Of a DNA stretch of 64,000 nt, positions 1 to 10,365 are shown piece after piece; within the stretch, counting starts at the first letter, position 1, and every line of letters starts with the position of its first letter. The notes under the pieces are model-generated. The model ran no database searches. It was not told the DNA's origin and was given only the letters and a program-made list of their open reading frames with translations. This DNA comes from Pseudomonadota bacterium (GTDB lineage: Bacteria > Desulfobacterota > Desulfobacteria > Desulfobacterales > JBDRRP01). The position numbers and the translations under genes are program-made. The stretch spans positions 62,001 to 126,000 of the forward strand of contig JBDRRP010000068.1 in NCBI GenBank assembly GCA_043825735.1. Direction: 5' to 3'.

Positions 1-378
1 ATCGGCTCCGGAAGCCTTTTCCGCAGCGGGGTCCGCGTTTTCGGGAGTCTTTTGGGAGGATTCCGTCTTCGATGCGGCCGCATCGCCCGCGGAGGACGCC
101 GCCGATGAATCTGCGTCTGCGCCGGCTTCTGCATCGCCAGATGGCCGCGGGGGCGCGGCGTCGGCGATTTTACCGAGGTCGATATCGTCGAAGGTGCGCT
201 TGACGGTTCGCAGATCATTGTCAACGTCAAGCGCCTGCTTAAAGTCCTGGGTGGCCCGCTTGAATTCGCCAAAGGCCTTTCCCATGGATTTGGCCAGATC
301 TGGCAGTTTCTTGGGGCCGATCACGATGAGGGCGATGGCCATAATCAGCAGAATTTCGGGCATTCCCATTCCAAACAT
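1..378 (-). CDS. tatB: Twin-arginine translocase TatA/TatB family subunit (3' end runs off the window)
   Basis: Manual translation from ATG at 378 (aggag SD upstream): MFGMGMPEILLIMAIALIVIGPKKLPDLAKSMGKAFGEFKRA, then a long low-complexity acidic/Ala tail. TatA versus TatB is not certain. Confidence 0.8.
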   Translation of the reverse strand, partial: MFGMGMPEILLIMAIALIVIGPKKLPDLAKSMGKAFGEFKRATQDFKQALDVDNDLRTVKRTFDDIDLGKIADAAPPRPSGDAEAGADADSSAASSAGDAAASKTESSQKTPENADPAAEKASGAD

Positions 379-651
379 GTGCCGTCTCCTTAACTCGTGC
401 CCGCCCATAAATGGCGATTCAGCCCCCGGCGTCGGTGGCCGCTCTTTTGCGCGCCGCCAGCGGCGGACTCGGACCTTTCGCCGTCACCAAGGCTATTGCC
501 GGCAAGCGCCGGTAGCCAAAGCCTGCCATTTATGCACGGGCACCGGCTTGAAATGGCGGGTACAACCTGAATGTGACGCCCGCCAGCACCGGGCGGCGAG
601 TGCTGCCCGGAGAAAAGCAATTCACCCTAGTACGTGAGTTGCCGGGGGCTG

Positions 652-1917
652 TCAAGATGGCGCTTTAAGCACTATAAAGTACAGGGTGCCGGGGTGCTGC
701 ATATAGCCGGCGGCGATTTCGGCGTAGGGTCCGTTGCCCCAGAATATATCGGCGCGCCCAGGTCCGCGGATGGCCCCGCCCGTGTCTTGGTTCAGGGTGA
801 ACCGGTTCAAGGGGGTCCATTCCAGAATCTGCCCGCCACCGTCCACCACCGGTTTGGCGGTCTGGATAAAGGCCAGGGCGCCCTTGGGAAAGAGACGATA
901 GTCGGTGGCCATGCTTCGCCCCGGCGTGAGGCGCACGTTGATGGATCCGAATGGCCCGTCAGGGCCGGTTTTGAAGAACACGTAGCTGGGGTTGGTGTGG
1001 AAAATGCCGGTTGCCTGCTCCGGGTGGTCGGACAGCCACCGGCGGATGGCTTGCATGGACATGTCCTCCCGGGCGATGGCGCCCTTGTCGATAAGGACTT
1101 TTCCCACACTGCGATACGGGCGGCCGTTGGTGGTGTTGTACTGGATATTGAGCGTTTCACCCGTGTCCAATATGACCCGTCCGGAGCCCTGTATATGAAG
1201 GAAAAAAAGATCGGTGGCATCGTCCACCCACACCAACACGCCGGCTTTGCCGTCCAGGGCGGCCGCCATCTCGATCTGCTCCCGGTCATAATAGGGAATG
1301 ACCCGACCATTTTCCAGGCGCGCCATGAGCTGGCGGGTTTTGAACTCGGGAGAGAACCGGAACAGTTCCACCGTGACAAGATCGTCAGGCCGACCGTATA
1401 CGGGAAAGGGGTACCGGGGGCTTTGAGTCAGACTGCCCCGGAGCAGCGGCTCGTAGTAACCCGTAAAGAGCATCTCGCCCTCTGTGCCGGCGATGGAGCG
1501 ATAGACGATATATTGATCTGCGATGAAGTTCTGAAGCGACGCCGGGTCGGGACGGCTGCGGATGAAACTGCGGAAATGCGCCAGGGATGCCGCCAGATGG
1601 TTGGCGGTCACCGTGTCCGGGCCGAAAACAAAGGGGGTGTCACCGGGCAGTCGCTCGAGGTATGTCAGGCTTTGCCCGATGGCCGTTTCCAGGTTGTCCC
1701 AATCCAGATCGTCTGAAAATTTTGGATACTGGGATGCGGTCAGCCGTATCAAGGTCGTTTCCGCGGTGACCGTTTCAGGCCGACGGGGTGCCAGCGTACA
1801 CGACGGCAGCACGATCAGGGCCAGCGCGATGACCAGACCCATGCGGGCCCACCGCCACTGGCGGCGCGATCGGATTGCACGATCCATTTCCTTTGAGCGG
1901 TTATCAAACCCCATCAT
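652..1917 (-). CDS. mltA: Membrane-bound lytic murein transglycosylase A (MltA/3D domain lipoprotein)
   Basis: FTGYYEP, FFLHIQGSG, NPSYVFF and QDTGGAIRGPGRADIFWG motifs; lipobox-like LPSC. Start moved to the ATG after an aggag SD; exact start uncertain. Confidence 0.9.
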   Translation of the reverse strand: MMGFDNRSKEMDRAIRSRRQWRWARMGLVIALALIVLPSCTLAPRRPETVTAETTLIRLTASQYPKFSDDLDWDNLETAIGQSLTYLERLPGDTPFVFGPDTVTANHLAASLAHFRSFIRSRPDPASLQNFIADQYIVYRSIAGTEGEMLFTGYYEPLLRGSLTQSPRYPFPVYGRPDDLVTVELFRFSPEFKTRQLMARLENGRVIPYYDREQIEMAAALDGKAGVLVWVDDATDLFFLHIQGSGRVILDTGETLNIQYNTTNGRPYRSVGKVLIDKGAIAREDMSMQAIRRWLSDHPEQATGIFHTNPSYVFFKTGPDGPFGSINVRLTPGRSMATDYRLFPKGALAFIQTAKPVVDGGGQILEWTPLNRFTLNQDTGGAIRGPGRADIFWGNGPYAEIAAGYMQHPGTLYFIVLKAPS

Positions 1918-3403
1918 CACGCGCTCCTTCTGCCGCCGGGATGCGCGGGCGTGTTTCAGTCGCGCCGATATCCGGCAGCGGGTCCCCGCTCGCAGTGCCA
2001 ACCCCCAGGGCTTCGAATTTCCGGGCACTGGGCATGACCCGACGCTCGTAGGATCCGACCAGGCGGTTGTAGGCCCCGGTAGTGCGGTCGATCTCTTTTC
2101 CCAGGGTCACCAGGTGCCGGGTCATGCCGCTGAGGCGTTGATACAGTTCGGCGCCCATCTCGCTGATGGCGCGGGCGTTGTCAGTCAAGTCCGATTCTCG
2201 CCAGGTCAGTGCAACCGTTTTAAGCAATGATATCAATGTGGTGGGTGTTGCGAGAACGATCCCTCGGGCGGCGGCGGTCTCAATGAGGTGGGGGGCGATG
2301 GAGAGCGCAGCGGAAAAAAAGTTTTCCCCCGGAATGAACAACACGACGAACTCCGGCGTCGGCTGAAATTGTCGCCAGTAGGTTTTTACGGACAACTGCT
2401 GGATATGAACGGCCACCTGCCGGGCATGATCGGCCATCCAATTTTCCCGAGTTTCCGGATCTTCGGCCTCGAGGGCGTTAAGATAGGCCGTGAGCGGTAC
2501 CTTGGCATCCACCACAACCTGTCGACCGCCCGGCAGCAGAACGATCATGTCGGGCCTCAGGACGCCCGCCTCGGTGGTGGCCGTTTGTTGTTGAACGAAG
2601 TCGCAGCGCTCCGTCATGCCGGAAATCTCTACGACGCGCTTGAGGGTCAGCTCTCCCCAGCGACCTCGCACAGTGGGTTCCCGCAAGGCTTTCACCAGTT
2701 TACCCGTTTCCCGTTGAAGTGCCAGCTGGCCCTCGGACACGCTATTGAGATGCTGGCTCAGGCTGCCGTAAGCGTTTTCCCGTGCCATTTCCATGTCTCG
2801 GACATGCCGGTCGTATCGTTGCAGGGCTTCGTGAATCGGTTTGACCGTGTCGCCGATGCTGCTCTGGCGCTTATCCAGATCGGTGATGGCGCTGGAAAGG
2901 TATTTTTCCAGCGTGGCGGTGGCCAGATCGATAAACGCCTGGTTGTTTTCCTTCATGGTCTGGGTGGAAACGGACCGAAAGGTATCCGGCAGCCGCGCCT
3001 GGATGTCCTTGAGCAGCGCCAACTTTTCGGCAGCAGCAGCCTGTTCTTTTTCAGCGATGGTTTCGACGACCGCCTGGGTTTTTTCCAGGTCGTGGATCCG
3101 CCGGCGCAGGCTGTCGGCGTCCTGTCGGCTGCTCGAGAGCGCTGCCTTCAGCTCGGCCATGTGCTCCAGGCGCGCTTCGGCCGATGCCGCGCGCCGGCTC
3201 TGATTTAGCAGTTCGGTGGATTGTTTTTCCAGTGCGTCCCAGGATTCCTGCAGATGGTCAGCAGCGGCCATCTGCTGTGCGCCGTGATCGCTGATTCGGC
3301 GGCGAAGCGACCGGATACGGAGACCGGCAATGAGCCATCCGAGCAGGACGCCGGCGGCCCGGGCGGCCGCCGGAAAGGTGATGTCGGGAAAGGGAACCGT
3401 CAT
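1904..3403 (-). CDS. rmuC: DNA recombination protein RmuC
   Basis: N-terminal TM plus coiled coil; RGRWGELTL, RPDMIVLLP, VDAKVPL, PEFVVLFIPGE and ATPTTL motifs. Confidence 0.92.
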   Translation of the reverse strand: MTVPFPDITFPAAARAAGVLLGWLIAGLRIRSLRRRISDHGAQQMAAADHLQESWDALEKQSTELLNQSRRAASAEARLEHMAELKAALSSSRQDADSLRRRIHDLEKTQAVVETIAEKEQAAAAEKLALLKDIQARLPDTFRSVSTQTMKENNQAFIDLATATLEKYLSSAITDLDKRQSSIGDTVKPIHEALQRYDRHVRDMEMARENAYGSLSQHLNSVSEGQLALQRETGKLVKALREPTVRGRWGELTLKRVVEISGMTERCDFVQQQTATTEAGVLRPDMIVLLPGGRQVVVDAKVPLTAYLNALEAEDPETRENWMADHARQVAVHIQQLSVKTYWRQFQPTPEFVVLFIPGENFFSAALSIAPHLIETAAARGIVLATPTTLISLLKTVALTWRESDLTDNARAISEMGAELYQRLSGMTRHLVTLGKEIDRTTGAYNRLVGSYERRVMPSARKFEALGVGTASGDPLPDIGATETRPRIPAAEGARDDGV

Positions 3404-3415
3404 GAATGCCGGTCC

Positions 3416-3694
3416 TTACCGGGAGACAAACCCGCCGATAATCAGTAAGATCACGCCGATGGCGGCCAGCCCCAGGAAGATGGGGACCTGAATGATGTAA
3501 TCGGCGGATTGCTGAAGAAAGCCCCAGGGCAGATCGTCGATCCAGTAAAACGTGTCGACACCAAAAAAGCTCTCCAGGCTGACATGCTCCATGACGATTT
3601 CACCGACCGTCATCATGGACGACACCGCCTGAAATATAAGCGTCACGCCGCTTGCCACTAAAGTGATGATCCCTATCAGTGTGAGTCTGTTCAT
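3416..3694 (-). CDS. Small two-TM hypothetical membrane protein
   Basis: Two hydrophobic stretches; start MNRL after a ggag SD; co-oriented with rmuC. Confidence 0.7.
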   Translation of the reverse strand: MNRLTLIGIITLVASGVTLIFQAVSSMMTVGEIVMEHVSLESFFGVDTFYWIDDLPWGFLQQSADYIIQVPIFLGLAAIGVILLIIGGFVSR

Positions 3695-3876
3695 ATCGTT
3701 TTCTCTCCGATTGTCTGCTCGCCCGGTGACAGGGGTATTCCCTATAGTACGGTCCACCTAAATCAAATGAAAGTCTTGCTGTATGGCCAGCTCCGTTCGT
3801 GATTACCACAAAGCACACCAAGAACGCGAAAGTTCTTTAGGCGATGATGAATATTTCGGTCGAAAGCTTCGTGCCT

Positions 3877-4377
3877 TTATCTCCCGTGTGAGCTCTTGGC
3901 AGGGCGGCGGTAATGGCCGCTTTTACCACCGGATTTTTCCGCCAGGTGGATGCTGCCGATGATCATCTCCCGGTCATAGGACTTACACATGTCGTAAATG
4001 GTCAAGGCGGCAACAGCGACGGCGGTCAGGGCTTCCATTTCGACGCCGGTGCTGCCCTTAAGGCGGACCAGGGCGGTGATGCCGATGGCCTTTTCATCGG
4101 GCAGCAAATCGAAATCCACCTGCACGTGGGTAATGGCCAGCGGATGGCACATGGGAATCAGTTCTGCGGTTTTTTTGGCGGCCATGATGCCGGCAATGCG
4201 AGCCGTTTCCAAGACGTTGCCCTTTTTCACATTCTTTCGACCGATGCGATCCAGTGTGTCGCCGGTCATGGTGATTCGCCCGCAGGCGGTTGCCTCCCGC
4301 ACCGTCGGTGTCTTGTCGGTCACATCCACCATGCGCACCCGCCCCTCGGCGTCCAGGTGGGTGAATTCATCGCTCAT
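3877..4377 (-). CDS. moaC: Cyclic pyranopterin monophosphate synthase MoaC
   Basis: FTHLD..GRVRMVDV, LIPMCHPL, TGVEMEALTA, YDMCKS and KSGGKSG motifs. Confidence 0.97.
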   Translation of the reverse strand: MSDEFTHLDAEGRVRMVDVTDKTPTVREATACGRITMTGDTLDRIGRKNVKKGNVLETARIAGIMAAKKTAELIPMCHPLAITHVQVDFDLLPDEKAIGITALVRLKGSTGVEMEALTAVAVAALTIYDMCKSYDREMIIGSIHLAEKSGGKSGHYRRPAKSSHGR

Positions 4378-4449
4378 AAGAACACCATTTTTTCCGATCT
4401 CAACAGGCTTCCGCCTGTAACTTGAGCTCTCTGGATATGCATCTTTCTC

Positions 4450-4827
4450 TTAGGCACCGGTTTTTGGCGAGAGAAAGTATTCGGTTTTGTGCGTCACCGT
4501 GGTCTTTATGGCGTTGAGGGTGTCCGTCAGCACCCCAAGGACATTTTCCCGGATATCCCCGGCCACGGCCAGCAGCATCACATCATCCCCCACGGCCAAG
4601 TCCTTGCCGGCGGCGATGTCGACCCGGATGTCTACAATGCCGGGCCGGGCCTTCTGCTCGGCGATAACGGCATCCAGGCGCTGCCGGTCCACCGTCACCC
4701 GCAAGCCGCTCACCCGGCGTCCGTCCCGGGCCGTTTCACGGACCACACCGTTGTGGCAGAGAATCATGCCGGCGCGGCCGATGCCGGGGTGTGACTTGAT
4801 TGCAGTCATCATCGAATTCATATCCAT
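4450..4827 (-). CDS. moaE: MoaE-like molybdopterin synthase catalytic subunit (short form)
   Basis: GMILCHNGVVR...LAVGDDVMLLAVAGDIRE; lies between mobA and moaC. Confidence 0.75.
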   Translation of the reverse strand: MDMNSMMTAIKSHPGIGRAGMILCHNGVVRETARDGRRVSGLRVTVDRQRLDAVIAEQKARPGIVDIRVDIAAGKDLAVGDDVMLLAVAGDIRENVLGVLTDTLNAIKTTVTHKTEYFLSPKTGA

Positions 4828-4867
4828 GGTCTGCCTCTTCGTCTGCATGCAGTTGTTCGAACAAGGA

Positions 4868-5476
4868 TCAGTCCGCCTTGAGATCATACTGCGCGGCCTT
4901 GATCAGATCCTCCGGCGTGTTGACGTTGAAAAACGACACCAGCTCAGGATCCACCGCCCTGAGGCGTTTTTCAGAAACTGTTCGGATCCGCCGCTTTCGA
5001 AATGCGCGACGGATTTTGTAGTCGCCCCGCTGCACATGATGGGCCGCGGCCGCCATGAGCCGGGTGGCATAAACGGCGCACAGGGGTTCAAATCCTCTGT
5101 TCGTTTCCGGTATCACCGCGTCGATGTCAGGGGCCACGGCATCGAGCACCAACCGTACCACATCCGCCTTAAGAAAGGGGATGTCACATGCTGCAAAGAA
5201 GACGTGTTCGGTGTGGGCGTAAAACAACCCTGCGTGGATCCCCGTGAGCGCACTGCGCTGCGGGAGCACATCGGTGACGATCTGGGCGTCCCATGCCATA
5301 TAGCGCATCGGTTCATTGGTAACAATGATGATGTCATCGAACAGCCCCGTGTAAACATCCATCAGCCGGTCCATGATGCAGCGGCCGCCGATTTCCTGAA
5401 AGGCTTTGGCCTGGCCTTGAAAGCGGGTGTTCAATCCGCCGGCCAGGATGACACCGGTAATGGGGGGACTTTGCAT
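4868..5476 (-). CDS. mobA: Molybdenum cofactor guanylyltransferase MobA
   Basis: VILAGGLNTRF..KA, ALTGIHAGL, ACDIPF, EPLCAVY and FFNVNTPEDL motifs. Confidence 0.93.
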   Translation of the reverse strand: MQSPPITGVILAGGLNTRFQGQAKAFQEIGGRCIMDRLMDVYTGLFDDIIIVTNEPMRYMAWDAQIVTDVLPQRSALTGIHAGLFYAHTEHVFFAACDIPFLKADVVRLVLDAVAPDIDAVIPETNRGFEPLCAVYATRLMAAAAHHVQRGDYKIRRAFRKRRIRTVSEKRLRAVDPELVSFFNVNTPEDLIKAAQYDLKAD

Positions 5477-5698
5477 GGGGCGACCGTGATCTTCGGGTTA
5501 CTGTCAGTCGGCCAAAGATAATTGAAACCCCGGGTCAAATCAATATAAAATCAGTAGATTCCAAACGGTTAGGAGCGGTTGAAATGGGTTGATCCCACTG
5601 GTGCCGGTGATATACACAGAGTCAGGGCCGACGATGCCCGGGGCTGATCCATCGGCTGCGACGCCATTTTTTCAACAGTGTTCAGGAAGGATACTAAC

Positions 5699-6205
5699 AT
5701 GGGAGTTCACCATCATCGAGAGAATGCGCCCGGCCCGCTCACGGTTGCCGTGGTCACTGTTTCCACTTCCCGGACGCTCAAAGAAGATAAAAGCGGTCGC
5801 TGGATTACCGATAAAAGCGCAAAGGAAGGGCACACGGTGGTCTACCACCAGGTGATTCCCGATGAGGCCCAGGTCATTGCCCGCACGGTTCTCGATCTGG
5901 TGGCGCAGGAAAAATGTCAGGTGATCCTCGTCACCGGCGGTACGGGCATCAGCGACGCCGACGTCACCATTGAAGCGGTCCGCCCTTTGCTGGACAAGGA
6001 GCTCACCGCCTTTGGCGTACTCTTTGCCCAGCTCAGCTTCGAAGAGATCGATTCGGCGGCGCTGCTCAGTCGGGCCACGGCCGGGCGCATTGGAAAGACC
6101 CTCGTGTTTTGCATGCCCGGCAGCCTCAATGCCTGCAAGCTCGCCTGCAGGGAGCTCATCTTTCCGGAACTGGGCCACCTGATGAAGCATGTGTTGAGCG
6201 GCTAG
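5699..6205 (+). CDS. moaB: MoaB/MogA family molybdopterin adenylyltransferase
   Basis: VTVSTSR..EDKSG, VTGGTGIS..DVTIEA, SRATAG and MPGS motifs. Confidence 0.9.
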   Translation: MGVHHHRENAPGPLTVAVVTVSTSRTLKEDKSGRWITDKSAKEGHTVVYHQVIPDEAQVIARTVLDLVAQEKCQVILVTGGTGISDADVTIEAVRPLLDKELTAFGVLFAQLSFEEIDSAALLSRATAGRIGKTLVFCMPGSLNACKLACRELIFPELGHLMKHVLSG

Positions 6206-6210
6206 CGGTG

Positions 6211-6822
6211 TCAGTCCGGGGTGCCGAGGTCGATGCCGGGGTAAAGGGATTGGGTACAATCGGGGCAGATGCCGTGGCTGAAATCGGAGTCCGAATGGTC
6301 GGCGATATAGGCGTCCACGGCGGTCCACTGCCCATTGGATTCACGGATTTTCTTGCAGTTGGCGCAGATGGGCAGCAGGGCACCCAGGGTGTGGAGCATG
6401 GATTTTTCCAGGGCCCGGATGCGCCGGACCATCAGCTGGAGCAGTTCCACGGCCAGGCGTGGATACTTCTGTATTTCCTTGAGTAGATTCAGGTGCTCGA
6501 TATAGACCACCCGGGTCTGGGTCACCGCTACCACGCTGGCCGAGCGCACGAAACCGTCCAGGAGGGCCATTTCGCCGAAATAGCTGTTGGGGCCGAGGAT
6601 CTGGAGGGTTTTTTGCCGCTTGGTGCCCAGGTTTTTCACCACTTCCACCCGGCCGTCGATGATGATGAACAAGCGTCCGTCCTGGGCGCCCTCACGGATG
6701 ATCACTCCGCCGGGAGGGTAGTCCGCATCTTTGGCCAGCCGCGCCACCTGGGCCAGTTCTTCCGGATGAAAATGGGAGAAGATCGATACTCGGGTGAGGT
6801 AGTCCATCACGGTGTTCTTCAT
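6211..6822 (-). CDS. Cyclic-nucleotide-binding domain protein with C-terminal Cys/His motif
   Basis: FGEMALLDGFVRSASV cNMP signature; C-terminal LPICANCKKIR...SHGICPDC. Confidence 0.85.
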   Translation of the reverse strand: MKNTVMDYLTRVSIFSHFHPEELAQVARLAKDADYPPGGVIIREGAQDGRLFIIIDGRVEVVKNLGTKRQKTLQILGPNSYFGEMALLDGFVRSASVVAVTQTRVVYIEHLNLLKEIQKYPRLAVELLQLMVRRIRALEKSMLHTLGALLPICANCKKIRESNGQWTAVDAYIADHSDSDFSHGICPDCTQSLYPGIDLGTPD

Positions 6823-6924
6823 GAGGCCTCCCGGGTAATATGAGACCGGCGGGGTGACAAAAAAGCCGATTGCAGGCGGTGCAACCGGCACGGGGATCCA
6901 TGGACGCCAGCCTGTGGCTGCGCC

Positions 6925-7356
6925 TTACGAATCAGTATTCTGCTGGGGCGCAGGAAGGGGAATCTTGAAAAACCCGATGCCCTCCTGCTTCAATACTTTT
7001 TCCTCTGCTTCGGTGCTGGTGCCGCGGATGTTTCGCGGTTCGGAGGCGCCGTAGTGGATTTTGAGCGCTTCTTTAGCAAATTCGGAGCCGACATTGTCGA
7101 AATTTTGGTCCACGAATTCAACGATTTTTTGCTCGAGACGCGCCTTATCGATCTTAGGGCCGCCGGCTGAAGACCCAGCCACCCGAGGGGTGGTCTTGAT
7201 GGCGAAGGTGGACGGCACCCGGCGCACGGCGCTGCTGTTGCAGATGGGGCAGCTCAGCATTCCCTTGCGCGTCTGTCCGTTATAGGCCTTTTCATCCTCG
7301 AACCAACCTTCGAATGAGTGGCCTGCATCACATTGTAAATCGTAAGCAATCATCAT
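6925..7356 (-). CDS. DUF1178-like zinc-ribbon protein
   Basis: YDLQC..GHSFEGWF, CPIC, VG..FAKEALKIHYG and RNIRG motifs. Confidence 0.8.
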   Translation of the reverse strand: MMIAYDLQCDAGHSFEGWFEDEKAYNGQTRKGMLSCPICNSSAVRRVPSTFAIKTTPRVAGSSAGGPKIDKARLEQKIVEFVDQNFDNVGSEFAKEALKIHYGASEPRNIRGTSTEAEEKVLKQEGIGFFKIPLPAPQQNTDS

Positions 7357-7553
7357 CTCAATCCTTGCAGCCTTCAGATGGGTTAAAATTTAGCATAACT
7401 ATCCCGATTTTAGAACAAAATATTGACAGTCGGCACTGGTCTACCTCAAAATAGCGCCGGTTTGTCATCGGGTGATCACTGCTGGGGCGACGAAGACGCG
7501 GTCTCGGGCGGCCATGGCGCCGGCACAGAACCCAACAAGCAAAGGGGTAACCA

Positions 7554-8210
7554 ATGATAAAACGGCTGGCGTGCCTGCTCGGGTGCTGGCTGCTGGCATG
7601 GTGCCCAGCAGCAGCGGCTCAGAATCATTACATCACTGACTCGATCCAGGTGACCCTTCGGTCCGGTCCGGCCATGGATCGAAAGATCATCGCCATGCTG
7701 AATTCAGGACAACCATTGGAAGTTATTGAAAAAGGTGAGGAGTGGAGTCAGGTTCGCCTGCCTTCGGGTCGGGAGGGTTGGGTGTTGACGCGCTTGATTC
7801 AGACAGAGTTGCCGCTGAAGGTGCATCTGACCCAGTTGCAGCAACGATATGATGCGCTGTTGGCGAATTCCGGCACCCCGGCCGGAGAATTGAAAAGACT
7901 CGGGGAAGAAAACACGGCACTGTCGGAGGCGCTGGCTCAGACACGGCAGCAACTGGCCGATCTTGCCAAAGCGCATCGGCAGCTGGAAGATACATCAGCC
8001 AACGCCAGCGCCATTCGGGATCAGCGCGACCGGCTGGCCAAGGAAGTGGCTGAGGTCCGCAGCCGGCTCGACGTTCTATCCCGCGAGGTGACAGCTGCCA
8101 GAAGCAAGAACAACATGTGGTGGTTTATGGCCGGTGCCGGCGTGCTGCTGTTGGGGTTTGTCATCGGTTTGAGCATGCGCTCCCGGCGCAAACGATCATC
8201 CTATTACTAG
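7554..8210 (+). CDS. SH3-domain protein, YgiM/TIGR04211-like
   Basis: Signal peptide, YITD..TLRSGP SH3b domain with EGWV, coiled coil, C-terminal TM followed by a basic tail. Confidence 0.85.
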   Translation: MIKRLACLLGCWLLAWCPAAAAQNHYITDSIQVTLRSGPAMDRKIIAMLNSGQPLEVIEKGEEWSQVRLPSGREGWVLTRLIQTELPLKVHLTQLQQRYDALLANSGTPAGELKRLGEENTALSEALAQTRQQLADLAKAHRQLEDTSANASAIRDQRDRLAKEVAEVRSRLDVLSREVTAARSKNNMWWFMAGAGVLLLGFVIGLSMRSRRKRSSYY

Positions 8211-8471
8211 CGGTATGGATCACCACGGTGTTCACTGAAATTAGGAACTTCGCTTATCTATGAAACGCCAGTTCTACGCCAAAGGCCAATGTTCCCAATG
8301 AGAGTTTCATCACCAGTTACGGAGGGCACGGAGAAACTCAAAACATGTTGATTTTGATTATAAAATCTCCCTGTCCTCCGTGACTCGTGGTTCAACATTA
8401 CTGTGGGAAGAGACCAACTGGCGCTTCATGGAGAAGCGGGAAAATCAAAATACGGCAGTTAGGGTGCTTTG

Positions 8472-10106
8472 ATGAAAATAGATACTGATTTTCTGGTCAT
8501 CGGCAGTGGGGTGGCCGGTTTGATGTTTGCGCTCAAAGTGGCTGAGCATGGCACCGTCGCCCTCGTGACCAAGAAAGAGATCATGGACAGCAACACCGCC
8601 CATGCTCAGGGGGGCATCGCCTCGGTATTTCACCGCATGGACAGTTTTGACCTGCACATAGAAGACACCTTGGCTGCCGGGGACGGCCTGTGCAACCGTG
8701 ACGTGGTGGAGCGGGTGGTCACCGCCGGGCCGGCCTGCATCAAGGAGTTGATCGCACTTGGCGTTAAATTCAACCTTTGCCACGACGCCGACGACGACTG
8801 TGACCAGCTGGATCTCACCCGGGAAGGGGGGCACTCCCAGAAGCGCATCGTCCATGCTCAGGACATGACCGGTCTCGAGCTGGAAACCGTGCTGGTGAAC
8901 CATGTACGAAACCACCCCAACATTTCCCTGTTCGAGCACCACATCGCCATCGATCTCATCACCTGCAGCACCCGGATCCGGCGGGGCATGGTGACCACCG
9001 CCCACGAGGATTTCTGCTGCGGCGCCTATGTGCTCGACCGCCGCGCCGATGTGGTCAAGACCGTCAATGCCAAGATCACCCTGCTGGCCACCGGCGGCAC
9101 CGGTAAGGTGTACCTTTATACCAGCAACCCCGATGTGGCCACCGGTGACGGTATCGCCATGAGCTACCGGGCCGGCGCCACCATCGCCAACATGGAATTC
9201 GTGCAGTTCCATCCCACCTGCCTGTATCATCCCGACGCCAAGAATTTTCTCATTTCCGAGGCGGTGCGGGGCGAAGGGGGATTGCTCATAGATGCTGCCG
9301 GTCATCGGTTCATGGAAAAATACGATTCCCAGAAAGAACTGGCCTGCCGGGATGTAGTGGCCCGCGCCATCGACACCGAGCTTAAAAAAACCGGTGCGGA
9401 TTCCGTTTTTCTGGATATTTCCCACAAACCCTCGGATTTCGTCCGGCAGCGGTTTCCCAATCTGTACGAAAAATGCCTCACTTTTGGCATCGACATGACC
9501 ACCGATCCCATTCCGGTGGTGCCCGCGGCCCACTATATGTGCGGCGGGGTGGCCACCGATATGGAAGGCCGTGTCGATCTGCAGCGGCTTTATGCCATCG
9601 GTGAGACCGCCTGCACGGGACTCCACGGAGCCAACCGGCTGGCCAGCAATTCCCTCATCGAAGCACTGGTCTATGCCAATGCCGCCGCCACTCAGGCCAT
9701 TTTAGACCTTCGGCAAATGGATTTTTCCAGCACGCCGGAGCCGCCGTTGTGGGACGAGGTAGGCACCGTCGACAGCGACGAGCACATTATGGTGGCCCAC
9801 AACTGGGATGAGATACGGCGCCTCATGTGGAACTACGTCGGCATCGTCCGCAGTGACAAGCGGCTCGCCCGCGCCCAGCGGCGCATTGAGACCATCCAGA
9901 CAGAGATTCAGGAGTACTATTGGGATTTTCGCGTGTCCGCCGACCTGATCGAGCTCAGAAACATCGCCGTGGTGGCGGAAGTGATCGTCAAATGCGCCCA
10001 GCACCGGAAAGAAAGCCGGGGCCTTCACTACACCATTCAGTTCCCCCAACGGGATGACCACCGCTGGCTCAAGGATACCATTGTGCGCCGACAAATGGTG
10101 GGATAA
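8472..10106 (+). CDS. nadB: L-aspartate oxidase
   Basis: GSGVAGL FAD motif, AQGGIA, REGGHS, QFHPT, SEAVRGEG, AHYMCGG, GLHGANRLASNSL and ESRGLHY. Confidence 0.97.
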   Translation: MKIDTDFLVIGSGVAGLMFALKVAEHGTVALVTKKEIMDSNTAHAQGGIASVFHRMDSFDLHIEDTLAAGDGLCNRDVVERVVTAGPACIKELIALGVKFNLCHDADDDCDQLDLTREGGHSQKRIVHAQDMTGLELETVLVNHVRNHPNISLFEHHIAIDLITCSTRIRRGMVTTAHEDFCCGAYVLDRRADVVKTVNAKITLLATGGTGKVYLYTSNPDVATGDGIAMSYRAGATIANMEFVQFHPTCLYHPDAKNFLISEAVRGEGGLLIDAAGHRFMEKYDSQKELACRDVVARAIDTELKKTGADSVFLDISHKPSDFVRQRFPNLYEKCLTFGIDMTTDPIPVVPAAHYMCGGVATDMEGRVDLQRLYAIGETACTGLHGANRLASNSLIEALVYANAAATQAILDLRQMDFSSTPEPPLWDEVGTVDSDEHIMVAHNWDEIRRLMWNYVGIVRSDKRLARAQRRIETIQTEIQEYYWDFRVSADLIELRNIAVVAEVIVKCAQHRKESRGLHYTIQFPQRDDHRWLKDTIVRRQMVG

Positions 10107-10365
10107 AAGGCGCTTGAGGTGGTTTTTGCGCTTGTGGGCCGTGCTGCCAACATGCTTCGCCGATCCTCATAAGCCTTCAGGATTGTAGGTAAAATTGCCT
10201 CATCCGGCGTGTTGACAACGCGGCTTTGTGCATTACAGTTGTACCATTGATCCGCCCGCCGCCCCTGGACTTACCGGAATGGCGCGGGTTTTACCCTTTT
10301 ACCAACCGCCACCAGGGGCAGCGGTCAGAACGACATGACCGCAGAAACCGTTTTCAGGGACATTT

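Noticed and set aside
582..606. CIRCE-like ccagcacc...gagtgctg
   Set aside because: Spacer is too short, the ends mismatch TTAGCACTC-N9-GAGTGCTAA, and it is not upstream of a chaperone gene.
10250..10330. Structured dnaJ leader (gcccctgg/ccaggggc) as an RNA thermometer or riboswitch
   Set aside because: The pairing does not cover the SD and matches no family I recognise.
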